11,109 bases of DNA from Promethearchaeota archaeon (GTDB lineage Archaea; Asgardarchaeota; Lokiarchaeia; Sigyniarchaeales; SOKP01), in assembly GCA_048938445.1 (NCBI GenBank), contig JBHLME010000141.1, positions 1 to 11,109 of the forward strand, written 5' to 3'. Position 1 is the first letter of the stretch. Each line of letters starts with the position of its first letter. Below are positions 1 through 6,815 of the stretch, in pieces. The position numbers were made by a program, and so were the translations under genes. The notes beneath the pieces are model-generated. The model made no database searches. It was not told the DNA's origin and saw only the letters and a list, made by a program, of their open reading frames with translations.

Positions 1-1791
1 GGAACTCCTATAATAATATCAATGTTTTCACTTTTTTTTTATTTAATATTTAGGGAACCATGGACCTTTATTTATTTCTTTATATTAGCTTTTATATATT
101 TGGTCATGTCTTCTGTAGGAGTATTAATTACGATGTTTTTTTATTCTAAAAAATCACCAATTTTAGGACGACCTCCAAAAGGATGGGGACTTCAATTAAA
201 TTTATTTTTCACTGCACTCATAGGAGGCTCCTTTTTATTTGGAAAATTTATGGAATTTTTATTCCAAAACCCAGCATTTCAAGAAATATTCTTGATGTTA
301 GGAACGATTTTATCATATATCATTGCATTTGTAATTTATTTTTCATTTACAACTGTAGGAAAATATGGAAATATATTTTTATCTTTAATACAACCCGTCT
401 TGGCAATCATTTTATATAGTATTTTCACGGTTCAGTTTCATTTTGAATTTTTTTTAAGAGCTATGATTTTTTTCTTAATTTCTGCTGCCTTATTCGCAGT
501 ACCATATGGAAGAAGTTTATCGCATGTAAGTAAGATATATAAAGAAGCAACAGGGTTAGGGGGATATGAGTTTATTAGAGCATTTACTCTTTCTCTCATT
601 ACTGATGGAAATGATGACCGCATAGAAAACATGTTCGATCGAGTAGGGATCACCTCAAATATTCAAATTCAGTACTTATTTATCAGAACTGAAAAAACTA
701 AGGATTTAAAAGGACTTTTTGTGATTCCTCATGTACATTTTGGACCATTTAAAACATGTGGATCATCTGATTTACCAGAACATATCTATAGAGCATTTAA
801 AGAAATCCCCGGAATAACAGTCTACCATACAACTAACGATCACGCTCAAAATTTAACTACTCAAAAAGGAGTTAATACAATTTTAAAAAAGATAAAAGAA
901 GACGTAGCCCAAATAATGAAAAATCAAAAATTAAGATGGGAAAAAGAAATTATGAATTTTTCAAGAAAGATCTCTAATTCTGCTAAATTAATTGGAACAA
1001 CCATTGGAAATATACCTTTTATATTTCTTACTAGACATCCCCTCCCATCTGATGATATTCAACAAGAGGTGGGAAGAGAGATATATCACATTGCTAATTC
1101 TGAGGGTTTTAATAATATCATTACTATTGACTCCCACAATTCAATTATAGGGGACGAAATACTAATTTCAAAGAATTCTGTCGAAGCAAGAGATTTAATA
1201 GATGTTGCTAAGGAATATTTATTAGATAAAACAATCCAAGGAAAAAAAAGATGCCAATTTTTATATGGTGTGGCTAAGGATCCTTGCAATGAATATTCTG
1301 AAAAAGATGGAATTGGTTTTGGTGGAATTACCGTGCATCTTTTTAAAAATATAGAAACAAATCAAAAAACAGTATTCATCCACTTTGATGCAAACAATGC
1401 TTATATAGAAATTCGCTCTTATATATTAAACATGCTTCAAAATAAAGGCATTGAAAAGGGAGAAATCACTACATCAGATTCGCACACAGTTGCCAGACAA
1501 ATTTCGAAAAGAGGATATTCCCCAATTGGAGATAAAATTAAAATTGATATAATCTTAAACAAATTGGAAATTTTAATTCAAAAAGCACAAAATGATTTAG
1601 AATCCGTCGAATTTTATTATCTTGATTCAATACAAGAAAATGTTAGAATTTGGGGAGATGAAAAATATTTTGATATCATAATGACAACATTGCAAGAATG
1701 CCTTCGAGTTTCTCAAAGATTGCTCACATTTAGTTTAATAATCCCTGCATTTTTAGCTTTTATATTACTATTCTTCTTTTATAATATTTAA
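1..1791 (+). CDS. DUF2070 family membrane protein (COG3356-like, predicted membrane-associated hydrolase of the neutral ceramidase superfamily); probably 5'-partial
   Basis: The frame is open from base 1 (GGA ACT CCT ATA ATA ATA TCA ATG), so the ATG at 22 may be internal. An N-terminal multi-TM region is followed by a large soluble domain with PHVHFGPF..GSSDLP, HTTNDH, DSHN, DANN and TSDSH motifs, then a C-terminal TM helix. This architecture matches archaeal DUF2070 proteins as recalled, not searched. Confidence 0.8.
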   Translation, partial: GTPIIISMFSLFFYLIFREPWTFIYFFILAFIYLVMSSVGVLITMFFYSKKSPILGRPPKGWGLQLNLFFTALIGGSFLFGKFMEFLFQNPAFQEIFLMLGTILSYIIAFVIYFSFTTVGKYGNIFLSLIQPVLAIILYSIFTVQFHFEFFLRAMIFFLISAALFAVPYGRSLSHVSKIYKEATGLGGYEFIRAFTLSLITDGNDDRIENMFDRVGITSNIQIQYLFIRTEKTKDLKGLFVIPHVHFGPFKTCGSSDLPEHIYRAFKEIPGITVYHTTNDHAQNLTTQKGVNTILKKIKEDVAQIMKNQKLRWEKEIMNFSRKISNSAKLIGTTIGNIPFIFLTRHPLPSDDIQQEVGREIYHIANSEGFNNIITIDSHNSIIGDEILISKNSVEARDLIDVAKEYLLDKTIQGKKRCQFLYGVAKDPCNEYSEKDGIGFGGITVHLFKNIETNQKTVFIHFDANNAYIEIRSYILNMLQNKGIEKGEITTSDSHTVARQISKRGYSPIGDKIKIDIILNKLEILIQKAQNDLESVEFYYLDSIQENVRIWGDEKYFDIIMTTLQECLRVSQRLLTFSLIIPAFLAFILLFFFYNI

Positions 1792-1987
1792 CAATCATCA
1801 ATTTTATTTTATTAACATCAAGTTTGATTAAAAAAGAATCTTAGAATTAAATTTCTTTTGTAAATATCTTGATTTAAATATATGTACAGTAAATATACAA
1901 TTTTTTGAACACAGATTACTCTTTAAACTATATTTTTGAATCTAATTATAATAATATTAACAGTGTTAGTTTAATATAATAAGATAA

Positions 1988-1995
1988 TTTTATAT
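1988..1995 (+). promoter_or_regulatory. Putative archaeal TATA box for 7TM paralog A1
   Basis: TTTTATAT preceded by purine-rich AAGATAA, about 76 bp upstream of the ATG. The AT-rich background lowers specificity. Confidence 0.4.
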
Positions 1996-2070
1996 TTGTT
2001 TAACATTATTAAACATTAACAACAAAGGTTATAGCAATAAACTAAGAATAGTTAAAAAAATGATTGTACT

Positions 2071-2781
2071 ATGGTAGGATACTTAAATGTGATTGGTTGG
2101 GTTGATGGTGTTTCAGCGGCGGCAATTATCATATCAGCAGTGATTTTTGGTTTAGTGTGTATTATCAAGGGATTTAAAAACAACACAATACTCCTTACAT
2201 ATGCGGGGTTAACCTCTTTTTGCATAGGGAGTTTTTGGTTAGGTCCTTTTACTGATTTCCTGATGGTGCTTTTTTTTGATAACGCACATATTTATCCTGA
2301 ATTGCTATATGGACTTTTAAGTTATACAATGGTTGGTCCTGGAGTAGTGTTCGCTGCAGTTTTAGGAGGAGCTCTCATAGCACCAAATTATAAAAAAGTA
2401 TTAGTAGCCATAATGCTGATTACTGGTGGTCTTTTTGAATTTTTTCTTTATGGTTTTCCTGAACTGACATTTCAAAAATTTGTCGCACCTAATGTTGGTG
2501 AATTACTTGATGCAAGTTTTAACCAAGGTTATTTTAGCTTCTTTCTCATAGCATTTTTCCTTGCTTACATGTTGATATTCATGGCAACGGGATTTTTAAT
2601 TAAAGCAAAGCAATCTTCTGGTGAATTGAGGAGAAAATTCATTTACTTGGCAATAGGATTCTATATTTTTGTGATAACGGGAGTTATAGACGCGCTATTC
2701 ACACCAACTGTATGGGTAGGTTTCTTTAGAATTGCAATGGCTACATTTGCTATTTGGTTATATTTGGGATTAAGACCTTAA
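2071..2781 (+). CDS. Stand-alone 7TM integral membrane protein, paralog A1 (unknown function, receptor-like)
   Basis: 236 aa with seven hydrophobic segments separated by basic cytoplasmic-type loops (KGFKNN, PNYKK, KAKQSSGELRRK). Clearly homologous to 3312..4130. Confidence 0.85.
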   Translation: MVGYLNVIGWVDGVSAAAIIISAVIFGLVCIIKGFKNNTILLTYAGLTSFCIGSFWLGPFTDFLMVLFFDNAHIYPELLYGLLSYTMVGPGVVFAAVLGGALIAPNYKKVLVAIMLITGGLFEFFLYGFPELTFQKFVAPNVGELLDASFNQGYFSFFLIAFFLAYMLIFMATGFLIKAKQSSGELRRKFIYLAIGFYIFVITGVIDALFTPTVWVGFFRIAMATFAIWLYLGLRP

Positions 2782-2813
2782 TTTTTTATTTTTTTATTTT
2801 TTTAGTTATTTTT
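2782..2813 (+). terminator. Oligo-T archaeal-type terminator after paralog A1
   Basis: Several T5-T7 runs start immediately after the TAA stop. Confidence 0.55.
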
Positions 2814-3211
2814 AATCAATTTAAAATTTAATTTTACATATTCCACAGTTTTTCTTCAGCGTGTACTCTTTAAATCATAATTTTTAATTTTCTATTTTTA
2901 ACAATAATCCATTAATTAAATTTTACTATTGAACCTGTTGATCGTCTTGGAAAAAATTGTAAGATCAACTTCTTTGAATTTAAATTAAATTATTGTTGTC
3001 AAAAATAGCTTGATATAAATTTTCTATTAAGGTTTACTTTATTTAATTTCAATAAATTCTAATAAATTAAATACTAACGTAAAAGATTTTGATTTTTTGT
3101 CATTCTTTGAATAATACTCTCGTAAATAACTGGGTTATCCACGATTTTAAGAATTTATTTCTTGATAATTATTAAGAGGTTAATTAAATATCAATCAAGA
3201 ATTCAGAAATC

Positions 3212-3218
3212 TTTATAT
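3212..3218 (+). promoter_or_regulatory. Putative archaeal BRE/TATA box for 7TM paralog A2
   Basis: AGAAATC-TTTATAT about 94 bp upstream of the ATG, followed by a 15-bp palindrome. Confidence 0.4.
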
Positions 3219-3233
3219 GCTTATGTTCAAATT

Positions 3234-3248
3234 GTTATTAGTAATAAC
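3234..3248. promoter_or_regulatory. Palindrome GTTATTA-G-TAATAAC, candidate operator
   Basis: Perfect 7-1-7 inverted repeat starting 16 bp downstream of the putative TATA box. Confidence 0.4.
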
Positions 3249-3311
3249 GTATTATTTAGTTACAAAATATTTTTTCTGAAATTGTATTAAAAATAAAAAA
3301 AGGTTATTATA

Positions 3312-4130
3312 ATGTTTCTTGATTTATCAATAACTGGTTGGTTAGATGGAATCACTTCAACAGCTATCATTGCTTCTGCTTTAGTCTTTGGTTTATTGAG
3401 CATAATTAAAGGTGTGAAGAATAATACAAGGCTTTTAGTAATCGCAGGAATTCAGGTAATGATAATCGGTTCTTACTATTTAGGACCTTTTGTGGATTTC
3501 ATGTTCTATGGAATTTTTAGCCTTCACATCATACCCGAACTCTATCCCCTATTAAGTTATTCACAAGTATTCTTAGGAATAACCACAGTTGCTATACTTG
3601 GAGGAGAACTCATCACGCCGAATTACAAGCAAGCGGTAGTTGGTGCAATGTCCGCTCTGGGAATGATGCTTTTCGCACTCATATATATATGGGTTTGGGC
3701 AATGGCTTACAATGTCCCTTATCTTGAAGTCCTTGCAGGTATTAATCCTGCATTTGCAGCATTAGGAGCCTATGCGCCATGGAATCCATTTCATATAACT
3801 CCAGGTACATATGGTTTCCCTGCCGAACTAATTGATGCAACTTTTTCACCTTGGAATCCCGCGATGATGTTGATATGGATTATGCAATTCTTCGTCCTGA
3901 TATTCATGGGTGGTGGATTTCTTATAAAAGCAAAGCAATCAACGGGTAATTTACGTGGCAAGTTTATCATCCTGGCTATAGCATTCATACTTTTCTTCCT
4001 ATCGGGAATAACAGACTCGCTTATTTCTCAAGTAATAGACGCGCGTATCGGTCTCCCTATATCCAAAACAATTGCAAGAATTGTACAATGCTGGTTTGGT
4101 CTATTGATATACCTTGGTCTCAGACCATGA
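3312..4130 (+). CDS. Stand-alone 7TM integral membrane protein, paralog A2 (expanded extracellular loop 2)
   Basis: 272 aa. Shares GWxDG, IIKGxKNNT, LGPFxDF, LLSY, LGGxLIxPNYK, ELxDAxF, GFLIKAKQSxGxLRxKF and the C-terminal YLGLRP with A1. Confidence 0.85.
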   Translation: MFLDLSITGWLDGITSTAIIASALVFGLLSIIKGVKNNTRLLVIAGIQVMIIGSYYLGPFVDFMFYGIFSLHIIPELYPLLSYSQVFLGITTVAILGGELITPNYKQAVVGAMSALGMMLFALIYIWVWAMAYNVPYLEVLAGINPAFAALGAYAPWNPFHITPGTYGFPAELIDATFSPWNPAMMLIWIMQFFVLIFMGGGFLIKAKQSTGNLRGKFIILAIAFILFFLSGITDSLISQVIDARIGLPISKTIARIVQCWFGLLIYLGLRP

Positions 4131-4142
4131 CCCTAAATTCTC

Positions 4143-4176
4143 TTTTTTTTTTTCTATTATTCTTTATTTTTTTTAT
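4143..4176 (+). terminator. Oligo-T archaeal-type terminator after paralog A2
   Basis: T11 and T8 runs lie in the 63-bp convergent gap between A2 and the DUF3786-like gene. Confidence 0.55.
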
Positions 4177-4193
4177 TCATTTTCAAAATAAAA

Positions 4194-5009
4194 TTATCTC
4201 GTTCTATGTTCCCAATCCTTTTCCTTAGTAAAGAGTCTTGAAAACATGATATAACAAATATCAGGTAATTTCTTATCTTCATTATTAATTGTTATGTATC
4301 TAAGAATATGGTTGATTGTAAAAATTCCTAATAATTCCACGTGATAACTATTAATATTTTGAGAGAGTTTGTCTCCTGAAAATGCGATATCCAATCCATT
4401 TTGCGTGTCCCATGCAAGATCTATAAATATACTAGGAAAGACCTCTCTTTTGATTTTCCAACCATTAATTGTTCTCCAAACTTTTCCTCCAATAAAAGCG
4501 GCTAATGGATCCTTGTCTGCCTCTTTCAAGAGGTTGAAAGGTTCATTTCTTTGCGTGAGGACTTTTTTCATCAAATCTGTCTTGGTATCATATGATTTTT
4601 CAAAAGGTTCTTTATTTTTTATTTTCCTCTCAATAAAATCCATAATGATATCTATAAACGTTGCGCTATCTTCTCCTGGCACCCACCACACACGTTCACC
4701 AGAAAAATAATACTTGAATTCTGCTTCTATACCGTTTCCAAACTCATCACCAAAGTACGAATATGCAATGTGAATGTTTACTTCAGGAAACATTTCTATC
4801 GTGATTGTCCAATCTTCATTAATTCCGATGTTTTCAAGTTTCCCTCCTAAATCCTCTTCCACGATATTCTTTAATTTATTATTTTCTAAATTAATAAATA
4901 AAGGGTATTTATTCATGCTAATATCTTCCAACTCTTTCTCATGGGGGCCTCGTACTCCAGTCGCGTCAATTTGTCCTACTGTAAAAAACTTGTGGTCTAC
5001 TTTTTTCAT
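4194..5009 (-). CDS. Soluble protein with two tandem DUF3786-like repeats
   Basis: 271 aa. LGG...DWTITIEMFPEVNIHIAY..GDEF...AEFKYYFSG......ED resembles the DUF3786 pattern (LGG, FP, D/E-EF, ED). A second degenerate copy follows (IGG...WKIKREVFPSIFIDLAW...IAFSG). An AGGTGA SD motif lies upstream. Confidence 0.65.
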   Translation of the reverse strand: MKKVDHKFFTVGQIDATGVRGPHEKELEDISMNKYPLFINLENNKLKNIVEEDLGGKLENIGINEDWTITIEMFPEVNIHIAYSYFGDEFGNGIEAEFKYYFSGERVWWVPGEDSATFIDIIMDFIERKIKNKEPFEKSYDTKTDLMKKVLTQRNEPFNLLKEADKDPLAAFIGGKVWRTINGWKIKREVFPSIFIDLAWDTQNGLDIAFSGDKLSQNINSYHVELLGIFTINHILRYITINNEDKKLPDICYIMFSRLFTKEKDWEHRTR

Positions 5010-5021
5010 CTTATTTATTTA

Positions 5022-5027
5022 TCACCT
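5022..5027 (-). promoter_or_regulatory. Shine-Dalgarno motif AGGTGA for the DUF3786-like gene
   Basis: TCACCT on the + strand, 12 nt upstream of the minus-strand ATG at 5009. Confidence 0.55.
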
Positions 5028-5235
5028 ATTCTTTGGATTAATTATGAATGAATTTTATATTTTTTTAACTTTATGACCTATAATCATTGAAAATTAAGGT
5101 TAAAGATGTTCGATAAATTGATCTAAATTCATTAAATTCCCAAGACTATTTTGTTAATTCTTTTAAATAATGAGTGATTAAACTGATGATATACATAAAA
5201 ATTTATAGTCGATTGGATATTATAGTCCTAATACC

Positions 5236-5958
5236 ATGCAATACCCTTATTTTGTTTCTGGAATTCTGAGTTTAGTACTTGTTATCATTTCTATAATGGT
5301 AACGACCTTAATTTTTTACAAATATTATAAAGCAAGAAGGGTAGACTTTATTTATTTTGCCATTTCTGTCATGATATTATCCGAACCCTGGTGGCCTGGA
5401 GCAATTTCATTTATTTGGACTTTTTTTAATAATGGGGGAGGAATCGATCATCAACTCTACCGCTTTCTCGGAAATGTGTTCATTCCAATCGGTTTATTCG
5501 CTTGGACATTAGTTTGCACGAATTTAATATTTACTAATAAGAAAAAATTATTGATTTGGATCGTTATAGTTTCCAGTATTATATTTGAAGTAGGTTTTTT
5601 CATATTATTTTTTACATTCCCTGAATACATCGGAAAAGTTTCAGGAGAAGTTGATATTGAATATGAAACCTTTACATTAGGGTATCTATTATTCGTAGTC
5701 GCTTACATTCTATTTACAGGAATTAATTTTGCTTTAGAAACGATAAAGACTGGATCCCCTGAGTATATATTAAAAGGTAGACTCATGATAGCTGGTTTTA
5801 TTTTATTTTGTATAGGAGCGGGTAGTGATGCTATTATCACTATTTTTCCTGAAATGTTATTAGTCACGAGAATTATCATAATGATTTCAATTATATTTCT
5901 ATACCTTGGCTTTTTTTTACCTAAGTGGATGATGGATTTGCTTTTTAAAAATAAATAA
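5236..5958 (+). CDS. Stand-alone 7TM integral membrane protein, paralog B1
   Basis: 240 aa with seven hydrophobic segments. Shares KYY, DF, EPWxP, ISF, GNxFIPIGL..WT, FE, DIxYE, ETxKT..PE..xKGRLMIxGF and GFFLPxWM with 6051..6815. Confidence 0.85.
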   Translation: MQYPYFVSGILSLVLVIISIMVTTLIFYKYYKARRVDFIYFAISVMILSEPWWPGAISFIWTFFNNGGGIDHQLYRFLGNVFIPIGLFAWTLVCTNLIFTNKKKLLIWIVIVSSIIFEVGFFILFFTFPEYIGKVSGEVDIEYETFTLGYLLFVVAYILFTGINFALETIKTGSPEYILKGRLMIAGFILFCIGAGSDAIITIFPEMLLVTRIIIMISIIFLYLGFFLPKWMMDLLFKNK

Positions 5959-6050
5959 AATTCTGCAACGATTTTTAATATCAACGAGGGTGATATTTAT
6001 ATTTAACAAAAATAATTTAATATCTTATAATATTTAAGAGGAACAATTCA

Positions 6051-6815
6051 ATGATTTTTGAAACGATTTTTACACCATTTGATTTTATATCAGGTATATT
6101 TAGTAATATCATTCTTATTATTGGGGTAATTGCTTCAATTAGCGTGATTCTAAAATATTATAGAACTAGAAAAAGAGATTTTCTCTTGTTTAGTATTACG
6201 ATTTTAGTTTTAATAGAACCATGGATGCCATCAGGAATTTCATTTATAGTAGCATTATTCACCTATGGAGAAGGATTACCAGCACCAATATATATTTTCA
6301 TAGGTAATGCGTTCATTCCAATAGGGCTTATTACTTGGACAATTATTTTTACTGATCTTATATTAATAGACAAGCAAAAAATCGTTTTGCTCATTGTGAT
6401 TCTCTTTAGTACAGTTTTTGAAATACACCTATTCTATTTTCTCTTTACGAATAACCATCTCATGATAGGAGATCGAGTGGGAGCTACTGATATTAATTAT
6501 GAGAATCTTCAAATGATTTTTTTATCAATAATCCTAATGTACATACTAATAACGGGGATTACTTTTGGAATAGAAACTCTAAAAACAAATGAGCCAGAAT
6601 TAAAAATAAAGGGAAGATTGATGATTGTTGGCTTTAGTTCTTTTATAGTTTTTGGAGCGATTGATACGATCATCACGTGGAACGAAATAGCGTTGGTACT
6701 CATTCGTATCCTCGGGATTTTTGCTGCTTTTTCTTTATATGGAGGATTTTTCTTACCAAATTGGATGAGAAGGATAATACAAGAAGTAGATAGTTTTTTT
6801 AAATCACTTTTTTAA
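6051..6815 (+). CDS. Stand-alone 7TM integral membrane protein, paralog B2
   Basis: 254 aa tandem paralog of B1, with a GAGG SD-like motif at 6038-6041. Its 3' end overlaps the convergent methyltransferase gene by 17 bp. Confidence 0.85.
   Translation: MIFETIFTPFDFISGIFSNIILIIGVIASISVILKYYRTRKRDFLLFSITILVLIEPWMPSGISFIVALFTYGEGLPAPIYIFIGNAFIPIGLITWTIIFTDLILIDKQKIVLLIVILFSTVFEIHLFYFLFTNNHLMIGDRVGATDINYENLQMIFLSIILMYILITGITFGIETLKTNEPELKIKGRLMIVGFSSFIVFGAIDTIITWNEIALVLIRILGIFAAFSLYGGFFLPNWMRRIIQEVDSFFKSLF

Noticed and set aside
2937-2969. Possible SECIS element or selenoprotein recoding
   Set aside because: The geometry fits poorly and no ORF has an in-frame TGA at a Cys-equivalent site. The TGA stops at 4128-4130 and 8286-8288 coincide with the expected C-termini.
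2071-6815. 7TM proteins as microbial rhodopsins, schizorhodopsins or heliorhodopsins
   Set aside because: There is no conserved mid-TM7 lysine (DxxxK/SxxxK) and no RYxxW-type TM3 motif. The Lys in A2 SKTIAR is absent from the other paralogs.
2071-6815. 7TM proteins as CREST/PAQR-type hydrolases or bona fide class A GPCRs
   Set aside because: They lack the SxxxH and HxxxH zinc ligands and the DRY, CWxP and NPxxY motifs. Any GPCR resemblance is topological only until tested structurally.
2071-6815. Diversity-generating retroelement or recombinational shuffling behind 7TM variation
   Set aside because: No reverse transcriptase, recombinase or near-identical template/variable repeat pair is present. 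The paralogs differ throughout, including at synonymous sites.
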